Source of the DNA: Octopus sinensis
Taxonomy: Eukaryota
Assembly (NCBI RefSeq): GCF_006345805.1
Contig: NW_021823630.1
Span: forward strand, 1 to 22,009
DNA: 22,009 nt
Direction: 5' to 3'
The notes under the pieces were generated by a model, which saw only the letters and a list, made by a program, of their open reading frames with translations, searched no databases and was not told where the DNA came from. Each line of letters starts with the position of its first letter. Positions within the stretch are counted from its first letter, which is position 1. Both the position numbers and the translations under genes were made by a program. Positions 11,219-20,315 of this stretch are shown here, in pieces.

Positions 11219-11622
11219 AGGCGCAGGAGTGGCGGTGCTTACCAACCACATGGTTCCGGGTTCAGTCCCACTGCGTGGCATTTTGAGCAATTGTCTTCTA
11301 CTATGGCCTCGGGCCGACCAAAGCTTGTGAGTGGATTTTGTAGACAGAAACCGAAAGAAGCCCATCGTATAGATATATATATATATGTGTGTGTGTGTGT
11401 GTATGTTTGTGTGTCTATGTTTGTCCCCCACAACATCGCTTGACAATAGATCCTGGTTTGTTTATGTCCCCATCAATTAGCGGTTCGGCTAAAGAGACCG
11501 ACAGAATAAGTACTAGGTTTACACAAAGAATAAGTCCCGGGGTCGATTTGCTCGACTAAAGGCGGTGCTCCAGCATGGCCGCAGTCAAATGACTGAAACA
11601 AGTAAAAGAGTAAAGAGTAAGA
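11219..11622 (+). mobile_element. SINE family A, near full length (A-box region shortened)
   Basis: ggcgcaggagtggc head, ggttcagtccc B-box, internal (TA)(TG) repeat and tail ggcggtgctccagcatggccgcagtcaaatgactgaaacaagtaaaagagtaaagagtaa. Confidence 0.88.
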
Positions 11623-12646
11623 CTATATACACTACTCATCTACGATGGAGGCATAAAATGAGGGAAAGAAGTTATAACAGCAGTATGTATTGAGAAATGT
11701 GTAAACAACAGATTACTGGTTGATGTCTTAGAGAGAACACATTATTGTTGGTGATACAGCATTCTATTGCAGCTATATGACATGTGTTTGCGACTGACAT
11801 GCGATAATGATTCACTCCCGAACTGAAATAGGCTCCCAACCTCTGTATCATGATTGTTTATGTGGACCACTCCCAACGAAAGCCAGACCTTCCTTCGGCC
11901 ACTACTAAAAATTGTTATTTAGATATACTTTTATTTCAGTTGTTTACACTATTTCGCGCTTGTTTATACTCTTATACATTCAAAGTTCACAAATTTCCTT
12001 ATTTAAATTATGAATCCTATTCATTTCGATAATATCAATATGATTACAAAACTTCTTTATGTAGATGATATTTTCTGTTTGGTCGACACTAATTTTCAAA
12101 TTACTGGAGTCCGTTGTTCTACTCACAATGACGTATAACTGGCCGTGTGTAAACATCGGAGTGGATAAAAATACACCTACACGATCAAAAATCTGGCCCT
12201 GTGCCTTGCTGGTTGTGAATACACGAGCGGAATCTTTAGGAATCTGCCCATCTACGACGGGAAATAAAGGGATAGAATCGCAAATCTAAACCCTCTAAAT
12301 TCACGAATAATAGGGCCGGGGGGGGGGGTAATCCAGAGTTAATCCTCGTCGCCGGAATTTTTTAAAAAAAAGGGGATTTATTAATACAAAGCTCAATATC
12401 TACTAAATAATCTGATTGCTTCCTCCGTAATCCGAAAAACATCGTGACCGTTGGTGCAGCCAAATAAGAAAGAAGAAAACAAAGGACCACTGATGCGGTC
12501 ACAGGAGTGTGACGAAAGAACTCTGGCCGAAATAAGATTAAGATTAATGTAAAAAATAAATAACACTGAAGCAAAGTAACACCAAATATATAGTGCGTGT
12601 ATTTTTATTGGCTAAAGTGGCAAAATGACCATTCCGAAATATAACA

Positions 12647-12704
<58 letters not shown>

Positions 12705-12718
12705 TGTAGATGTTTATA

Positions 12719-12763
<45 letters not shown>

Positions 12764-12799
12764 CATATATGAGTGCGTGTCTGTGTGTGTATATATACA

Positions 12800-12878
12800 A
12801 AGAATAAGTCTAAAAACCCTTTAAGGCGGTGTGCTCCAGCATGGCCGCAGTCAAACGACTGAAACTAATAAGAGAATA
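12800..12878 (+). mobile_element. SINE family A tail fragment (similar tails at 3375-3455, 7390-7445 and, on minus, 15170-15233)
   Basis: aaggcggtgtgctccagcatggccgcagtcaaacgactgaaac. Confidence 0.75.
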
Positions 12879-13205
12879 TATACATATGTATGTGTATACA
12901 TATATATATATATATATACATATTAATCATCTCTCCCTGTAATCCGACCCTCAGCATAGGAGTCTGACACTAGAAAGAAGCAAACGTCCCAGACACATTG
13001 TGATGACGAGCGAGTTACTCATTTAATAAATATATAATTACTTTGATGAGGATGGACGTCATCACCAGTAGACTGCCCCCACCACTGCCACTACCACTGT
13101 AGGTCATACTGACAGCACTACATCTGAGACTATAATCCAAAAATCACTCTCACTACCACTCTAAGCGAAATTACGACCACAAACTACCACCTCTACAACA
13201 ACTAC

Positions 13206-13206
<1 letters not shown>

Positions 13207-13248
<42 letters not shown>

Positions 13249-13270
13249 CAGTGGCAGTAGCAGCAGCAGC

Positions 13271-13347
<77 letters not shown>
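13207..13347. repeat. (AGT)n/(AGC)n array switching to (ACT)n
   Basis: Direct reading; perfect palindrome centred at 13306/13307. Confidence 0.95.
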
Positions 13348-13404
13348 CAGTACCACCGCTAGTGAGGCGTGGTGCTTGATCTCTTAACAAATAGAGGGTC
13401 ATAA

Positions 13405-13503
13405 GCGCAGGCGTGGCTGTGAGGTTAAGATGTTTTGGGTTCGGTCCCATCGTACACCACCTCGGCCAAATGTCTTCTGTTTATCCCCTGGTCGACCAAA
13501 AGC
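13405..13503 (+). mobile_element. SINE family A, internally deleted 5' fragment
   Basis: gcgcaggcgtggctgtgaggttaaga...gggttcggtccc...aaatgtcttct...gtcgaccaaaagc. Confidence 0.65.
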
Positions 13504-13643
13504 AAGTATGTATGTATGTATGTATGTATGTATGTATGTATGTATGTATGTATGTATGTACGTATGTATGTATGTATGTATGTATATAGATAGCTAGATA
13601 CCCACATACACACATGTATGTATGTGTGTATATATATATAGAC

Positions 13644-13691
<48 letters not shown>

Positions 13692-13787
13692 TATATATAT
13701 ATATATTATATATATATATATATAATAGAAATATTAAAATAACTAAGTCTCTCTAAAAGAGGACAGCGGCAGCGTTCCCGGAAAATA

Positions 13788-13961
13788 ATAGTTATCGCCA
13801 TACTAATATGGCATTCTTATAAAATAAGAAAAAAGCTGTCCGCTTATTAGCTCCATGAGGCCATCGCCTTAAGTTAGCTAATTTAAGGCGATGGCCTCAT
13901 GGAGCTAATAAGCGGACAGCTTTTTTCTATTTTTTATAAGAATGCCATATTAGTATGGCGA

Positions 13962-13968
<7 letters not shown>
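13788..13968. repeat. 181-bp spacerless palindrome
   Basis: Arms of ~90 bp pair through the centre (13877/13878). The only differences are one substitution near the centre and a 1-bp indel/shift in an A-tract. Confidence 0.9.
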
Positions 13969-14006
<38 letters not shown>

Positions 14007-14016
14007 TATATATTAT

Positions 14017-14091
14017 AGATATAGGGAGAGTTTCCGAAAAAAACAAAAGACGAAGCAGGTGGTGTACAAAACAAACAGATGTATATATATA

Positions 14092-14133
<42 letters not shown>

Positions 14134-14484
14134 GTATGAGAGGGTATAGTATCCAGAAGATCCAAGGTAGCAGGTAACGCAATGCAAGTGCTATGGAAGC
14201 ACCGTAGTTAAACTCTCGGTTCGACCCCATTAGACTTCTCACTCGTATACATGATATATCGTTAGTCACTAAACCTTTTTCTGTTTTCTCTCCCTGTTTA
14301 TTTTTGTGTTCCTTTCTGTCGAAGAGCGAAGGCTCGAAACGTAAAAGACTTTATCACTTCCCGAGCGTTAAACTAATACATCTGTTTGTTGTTTACACAC
14401 CCGTCTTCGTCTTTTGCTTTGTTTTGTTTTGTTTTGTTTTTTTCTTGTTTGTTTTTGTTTTTTTTTGTAAATTCTAACTATATA
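14017..14484 (+). mobile_element. Non-autonomous Penelope-like remnant with inverted termini and hammerhead-like motif
   Basis: caaaagacgaagcaggtggtgtacaaaacaaacagatgta (about 14044-14083) is an imperfect inverted copy of 14378-14416. Motif ctgtcgaagagcgaaggctcgaaacgta at 14316-14343. No RT or GIY-YIG ORF is visible. Confidence 0.55.
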
Positions 14485-14884
14485 TTTCGTTTTGGATTTG
14501 GTTTGCAAGATTCTTTATATGAGTTCGTGTGTTGAAGCATATTCTGTTGTGTCTGGGGAGAGTCATTTTCTTTTTGTGCCTTATAATGCAACATACTCAC
14601 CGGTAAAATTTCCACTTATTATTTTTATTTTCCTAAAATTTTCGTTGCGTCTTGCAACCTTTTCAATAATATATATACATATATACATATATATATATAT
14701 ATTTATTCAGTATGGTCTCAGTTAAAAGATTAAAGCTAGATAAAGATAAATGTGTGTGTATGTGTATGTGTGTGTGTGTGCACGTGTTGGTTATGTAAGT
14801 GTGCACACGTATTTGTCGTTTAAATCGCAGTGGACTTTGATGGAGCAGGCGTATGATCAAAAGCAACCAAAACGTGACGCTGGT

Positions 14885-14928
<44 letters not shown>

Positions 14929-15242
14929 TTGTTAGTAAGATCGGTAAATAAAGACATATCAAATACTATACAACATAATTTTTTTTCTCCGTTTATCAAG
15001 ATTATCTCCGCTTCTAGAGGATTTTCATAATTACCAAACAGCAATTAAGACCAGCTCTTCTTGAAAAGAAGAAATAATCTCCAGAATCAAGAACTCTCCA
15101 AAGCTGACTTGCTACTCTTAATTCGTTTTAGCTAAAATTACACAAATTACTTGGACGATTATCGTGCTCTTTCATCTTTCAGTCACTAGACTGCGGCCCT
15201 GCTGGGGCACAGCCTTACAGAACTTTTAGTCGAAGGATGTAT

Positions 15243-15472
15243 GCTTTTGTTATATATTTGTCTGAATATTTTTTTATCATAGCTAATGCGCCTCTTATGA
15301 TAGGAATTGTTTCTGTTTTTAGATTCCACATTCGAGTTATCTCTATTTCCAGATCTTTGTATTATGAAAGTTTCTCCGTTTCTTTTAAAGAAACATTATC
15401 ATCTGTTGGTATTGATACATCAATTAGAAAGCATTTTTTCTTGATGATCTCTGACAACTATATCCGGTCTAG
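15243..15472 (-). mobile_element. RLE-domain fragment of a second R4/Dong-like family (frameshift plus stop)
   Basis: Minus strand RPDIVVRDHQEK / CFLIDVSIPTDDNVSLKETEKLS*YKDLEIEITRMWNLKTETIPIIRGALAMIKKY matches the RPD...D...EK..KY..L restriction-like endonuclease signature. The 5' side abuts (TTA)n; the 3' side is cut by a SINE tail. Confidence 0.85.
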
Positions 15473-15480
15473 TAGCCTCA

Positions 15481-15506
15481 TAATTATTATTATATTATTA
15501 TTATTA

Positions 15507-15555
<49 letters not shown>
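15481..15555. repeat. (TTA)n microsatellite (others at 14886-14929 and 16801-16887)
   Basis: Direct reading. Confidence 0.97.
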
Positions 15556-15989
15556 GAGTGAGAGAGCAGTGCATGCCATCAAAGTGACACTGGGGTAAAA
15601 TATATGAAGCCCAGGATACCCATCATGACTATCAGTCTGATAAGGGTACACCAGGCACATGCATCATAACCATATGTGCGCGACATGGTGATCTCATATC
15701 AAGATAAACAGCACGTGACTTTGCAGGTGGTGCCCATTTAAAATTTTCTTCAGATAGAGTAGCCCATCTCGCTCAAAAGATCCCCGAATAAGGGTTGTTT
15801 AAGGATGCTGAACGAAATACCCATGTTTCTAGAAGTGAATCATTGTTTCTAGAAGTGAATCATGCAAACCCCCAAAAATTCCTCTCAACATATGGCTATG
15901 ATGCTCCCCCACTACTTCTGCTTGTGATCAGAGATTCACGTATCGTCATCCACGAAGGGACATGCTCAACTGGTTAAGGTCAAACAACT
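15556..15989 (-). mobile_element. Unclassified repeat, probably a retroelement 3' UTR ending in (AAT)n
   Basis: Non-coding, complex sequence running directly into (AAT)n on the minus strand; contains a 20-bp tandem duplication (15824-15863). Family identity is inferred, not verified. Confidence 0.4.
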
Positions 15990-16797
15990 TCCAGAGATCC
16001 CTGGTCTGGCAGTGCTATCGAGAAGCGCTACCCGTTCGGGATAAGCTCTACAGGCATGGCTCCAGAAAAACGGGGCCGACCTGCCCGAGATGCGGTCAGA
16101 GCGACAAAACCGTTCTACACACACTTGTACAGTGTCCAACCATTTCTGACCTGTGGGCCTATGTCGAACGACTGCTATCGCATGTGGGACGAGTCGGTTT
16201 ATCAACCGAGTCTATCGTGAATATTGTCGCGCCTCCTTCCTTGAAACGGGAAGGAAGAACCATTTTCATCGCACTTGTGGCTATGGCGAAAGAATGTGTA
16301 TGGTGGACGCGTCTGAAAGGTCTAGAGACAAACACTTTCCTCTCTGGTGAATCTTTCATCAACTTCTTCAAATATCACTTGAAGAGGAAAGTTTTGTCTA
16401 GTGAATGTTTCAAAAAAAGATGGATGAATGTACGTGTGAATGATGAAGCCACCTTAAGCATAATCCTATGAACCAAACAATAAGAAGGGGGGAAAAGAGT
16501 CACTTATTGTAATGCGTTTTTTTCTTTTTGCATGACATTATTGCCTGAAGTTACCGTGGTCTTTTCCGTAGGCTTTTTCTTTTCAAGGATAAACCTAATC
16601 TGTTTCCCCTTTTTACACGGTGACATTTCTGTGATACACGATCCCTATTGATCGGCCTTTTTTTTTTATTTGTAACGATCTTTTTGATCGAATTTCTACT
16701 CCCACTTTTTCTTTCCTTCTTCTCTTCTCAAAAAGAAATGGTCTACTTTGTATTTTGGCCCCTCTGTGTTCAGCCCTGTGTGGCCAATAAAGAAACA
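15990..16797 (+). mobile_element. 5'-truncated L1/Tx1-type non-LTR retrotransposon: ORF2 C-terminus (zf-RVT-like) and 3' UTR
   Basis: FQRSLVWQCYREALPVRDKLYRHG...CPRCGQSDKTVLHTLVQC has a C-x2-C-x8-H-x4-C knuckle with the upstream W..LP..L motif. Stop at 16471, T-rich UTR and AATAAA at 16786-16791. Confidence 0.85.
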
Positions 16798-16850
16798 TAC
16801 TATTATTTTTATTATTTTTATTATTTTTATTATTATTATTATTATTATTA

Positions 16851-16887
<37 letters not shown>

Positions 16888-17692
16888 GCCTTTGCAAAGC
16901 TTCTAACGCTAGAGATGTACTACGATGTCACCTGTTCACTGCCAGTGAACTAAGGTAACACCTTTTATTTTTCGAGGACCTCTCGGAGTATTCGAGCGGT
17001 TCCAAGCAGTGCTGTTTTCTGCAAGTGCTCCATCCTTATTGCATCCCCTATTTGTTCCATGTACTTCTCAAGATTTTTACTCACTGTTCCCAGGGCTCCG
17101 ACAATTATTGGTACTACTACCACCTTTTTCAGCGACCGCAACTGCTTAACCTCCCAAGCTAACGTGTCATATCTCTCGACTTTTCTTTCTTCATTATCGC
17201 ATACCTTGTTGTCAGCTAGGTATGCTGTATCTGTGATCCAGCATAGTTTGGCTTCCTATTCTCTATCTCATGGTCGCACTGAATCATAAAATCCCATAGG
17301 ATCTTTGCATTATCATTTTCGATGATGCCTTCGGGTTTGTGGTCATACCAATTTTTTGCTCTGTCAAGTCCATACTTGTTGCAAAGTGTCCAATGGACAA
17401 GCCTGGCTATACTGTCGTGGCGTCTCTTATATTCCTTCTGGGCTAGTGGCGTACATTGGCTGGTAACATACCATAGGGTTTCACCGTTTTGCCCACAGAG
17501 TCTGCACTTATCACTTTCTGCTGAGTTATCAATTCTGTATTTTATGCAGTTAGTTCTTAGTGCTTGCTCTTGAGCAGCACAGATTAGAGCCTCCGTTTCC
17601 GGTTTTAAATCACTTTTAGTCATCCACAGTCATCTTTTTTCTCTGTCTGTCTTATCTCCAACATCCCTATGAAATTGACCATGCATTCTTCT
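16888..17692 (-). mobile_element. 5'-truncated R4/Dong-like RLE retrotransposon (third family), pseudogenised
   Basis: MHGQF...R*LWMTKSDLKPETEALICAAQEQALRTN...CRLC-x8-Y(for H)-x4-C...RRHD...WDF..RKP, then a deletion/frameshift at ~17249, then KLCWITDTAY...PIIVGALGTV...LQKTALLGTARILREVLEK* (stop 16965-16967). The 3' UTR runs into (TAA)n. Confidence 0.92.
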
Positions 17693-17795
17693 CTTTTTCT
17701 TTTCTTTCTTTTCTATTATTCATGAAGAGTAAAATATCCTATCAACCTTGTCTTGGTTTTCTAATTCATTTTTATTTTTACTTATTATTTTCCAG

Positions 17796-17991
17796 AACAC
17801 ATCATGATTATTCACAGTCTAAAACCTAATGAAAGTGTCCTCTTTGTAAGTCCGTTGTTTCTTCACTCTTTGGCCAACTGTAAATTTTCCTACGGCGGTC
17901 TATTTCAAAACGTTAACCTCACACTGGTCATCGAGAATGAATCGAACACGGTTATCGAAGAAATGGACCAAATATCTCTTACACATGGAAA
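17796..17991 (+). CDS. Probable internal coding exon of an unidentified host gene (phase 1 to phase 2); alternative donor after 17845
   Basis: Branch-like ctaat (17761), U-rich tract and ttccag acceptor. Only one frame is open, for 64 codons (HIMIIHSLKPNESVLF...EEMDQISLTHG). AAA|GTAAGT donor at 17992. No family recognised. Confidence 0.55.
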
Positions 17992-18046
17992 GTAAGTATT
18001 GATTCATTCATTGTTTTAATTGTTGAGTAACTGGTTTAATAATTTA

Positions 18047-18142
18047 TTGATTGATTGATTGACTGATTGATTGATTGATTGACTGACTGATTGATGATTG
18101 ACTGACTGACTGATTGATTGATTGACTGACTGACTGACTGAC

Positions 18143-18202
<60 letters not shown>

Positions 18203-18278
18203 CGATCGATTGATTGACTGGCTGATTGATTGATTGACTGACTGACTGATTGATTGATTGATTGATTGACTGAGTGAC

Positions 18279-18313
<35 letters not shown>

Positions 18314-18322
18314 CTGACTGAT
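18047..18322. repeat. Compound (ATTG)n/(ACTG)n microsatellite
   Basis: Direct reading; fills most of the putative short intron. Confidence 0.96.
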
Positions 18323-18356
18323 TTAGTGAACTGACTTAGTATTTTTTATGGTTTAG

Positions 18357-18512
18357 TCAGAAGACGAAGGTAAGTACCACTGACTCATTCCAGCTTCCAT
18401 CGCTGTTGACGTAAACGGCGGAAGTTGCCCCCTGACCGGAAACTCGGTCCCGAAGGCTTGCAACAAACTGAACTCCATTGAAGATACACAAGAGCCAGAT
18501 GAAAATATTTAG
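18357..18512 (+). CDS. Candidate downstream exon or microexon (structure ambiguous)
   Basis: ctgac branch-like motif (18331), ttttttatggtttag acceptor, AAG|GTAAGT donor at 18370, second acceptor ttccag at 18393, and an open frame to TAG at 18510-18512. Confidence 0.35.
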
Positions 18513-18522
18513 CAGAGTGAAA

Positions 18523-18730
18523 AGCGGTGAGCTGGCAGAATCGTTATCGCGCCAGGCAAAATACATACCGGCATTTCGTTCGTCCTGAGTTCAAATACCA
18601 CCAAGGTCGACTTTGCCTATTATCATCTGGGGTCGATAACCTAGGTTCCAGATGAGCACTTGGTCGATGCAATTGACTCATCCCTTCCTCCGAAATTGCT
18701 GGCCTTGTGTCAACATTTCGAACCAATATT
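18523..18730 (+). mobile_element. tRNA-derived SINE family B
   Basis: Head gcggtgagctggcagaatcgtt, B-box-like gagttcaaatacc, body ggtcgactttgcc...ggggtcgataa. Colinear with the rc of 20459-20706. Confidence 0.85.
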
Positions 18731-18775
18731 CAACAGAGATGCCTATTAAGTTTACTAAATCAAAATTGATTCACC

Positions 18776-18841
18776 GACTGGCTGGCTGGATGGCTGGATG
18801 GCCGGCTCACTGGTTGGTTGCCCGGCTGGCTGGCTATTTGC

Positions 18842-18888
<47 letters not shown>

Positions 18889-18907
18889 GCTCATTGGCTG
18901 GTTACCC

Positions 18908-18941
<34 letters not shown>

Positions 18942-19160
18942 TCGGTTCGCTGGCTGGTTGCCTGGCTGGCCGGCCGGCTCATTGGCTGGTTGCCCGGCTG
19001 GCTGGCCGGCTCACTGGCTTGTTGCCTGGCTGGCTGGCTGGCTGGCTGGTCGGTTCGCTGGTTGGTTGCCTGGCTGGCCGGTCGGTTCATTGGCTGGAGC
19101 CCCGCTGGCTGACTGCCGGTTTACTGGCTGGCTGGCCGACTCATTAGCTGGTTGCCTGGC
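18776..19160. repeat. GC-rich (GGCT)n-based satellite with higher-order structure
   Basis: 4-bp phase throughout; the variant block gtcggttcgctgg recurs at 18941 and 19049. Confidence 0.93.
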
Positions 19161-19789
19161 TAATTAGTTGTTAAACTAATTAACTAAAGAACGGTATTCA
19201 TTCCAACTTTGTACTTTCTGAGTTCGAACCCCGACGAGGTCGACTTTATAAATATTCTGCAGTCTGATGATCGTCAAGCCACATTGTCTCGGCTGCATTC
19301 TGGCTGTTTGTGCAAGGGATAAAGTGCCTTGTTGTTTTTAGCTATAGTCCTTTACTTCGCGAGTTCAAATCCCAGTAAAGTCAGCTTTACTTTCCAAACA
19401 TCTACGATCGAAAACATAAAGTCACAGCAACGTAAGCAAGCCAACGCCGGTTATGAAGTTGTGTGATGGATAAATACAAACGCATACACACACACACGAA
19501 TATAAGCGTCGGGCTTCCATACAGTTTCCGTCTACTACATTCATTCACAAGCCAGGTGCGAAGCAAGGCTTTCAACCGCAGAACAAAACCAACGCCAATA
19601 CACAACCACACCTGAGCCTGATCTGTCAGATATAACAATATGATCACGTGATCGATTAAACTATTGGGTGCTGTTATACATCGCTGGTCACAGTGTGCTT
19701 TGCATCGGTTTAGCTTTCGAATGATGCCACCTCCATTGGTTGGGCGAGTAGGCCAACACTTCACCCGATAGGAAGGCTACCGTTGAAGT

Positions 19790-19933
19790 GTTACCTATTT
19801 ACAGGTGGGTGGACTGGAGTATATAAAATGAAGTGTGTTGCTCAAGAATAGAACGTGCTGCTCGATCCAGGAATCGTACTCACGCTCTAGCGATCGTGAG
19901 TGCAACACTCTAAGCACTAGGCCAAGCGCCTTC
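19790..19933 (-). mobile_element. tRNA-derived SINE family C, head and core
   Basis: The rc reads gaaggcgcttggcctagtgcttagagtgttgcactc (A-box-like)...gagtacgattcctgg (B-box-like)...ttcttgagcaacacacttcattt. A family A body fragment lies on minus at about 19505-19555. Confidence 0.7.
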
Positions 19934-20027
19934 GTCTATCAGATATAATAAGATTCGTAAATGATCGACCGTCTCCATCAAACCCACACACATACCTTTT
20001 CCTCCATGGATCGTGTAGATTATCCGT

Positions 20028-20165
20028 TATCGCTCGATTTGCTAGATATGGCAGTTAAAGTTCCCTCAAATTACACTCTAGCAGCTTGAACTGAATAATG
20101 AAATCCTAAGTAATACAGCCTGCAAAAGTCGAGCTGATGGTCATGTCTGGGACGCTTAGGTTCTT
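20028..20165 (+). mobile_element. Repeat family D, degenerate copy
   Basis: gctagatatggcagttaaagttccctcaaattacac...gatggtcatgtctgg. Confidence 0.55.
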
Positions 20166-20315
20166 CAACGTTCGTTAACCGAGAAGAGATTCTCTCGCCG
20201 TTCATGGCGAATTCACCACCAGAAGCAAAGCAAGAGTTTGAAGATTACTTTTCAAGTAAATTACGGAGATGTACTTGCATAGCAAGTGACCTGATCTGAG
20301 ATCGTGTGCTGGAAC

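Noticed and set aside
12362-12574. Minus ORF with a GPCR-TM6-like stretch (VVLCFLLSYLAAP)
   Set aside because: Single hydrophobic segment from T-rich DNA, no good donor, and a second frame is equally open.
14490-14690. Possible Helitron 3' end (hairpin gttgc-gtctt-gcaac at 14644-14658)
   Set aside because: No downstream CTRR terminus; left unclassified.
18652-19167. (WLAG)n / (QPAS)n repeat-protein ORFs
   Set aside because: Translation of the GGCT satellite; the start codons come from the adjacent SINE.
19860-19933. tRNA genes (also the heads at 9705-9763, 11219-11275, 18523-18600 and 20625-20706)
   Set aside because: Degenerate A/B boxes continue into SINE bodies and no complete cloverleaf is visible.
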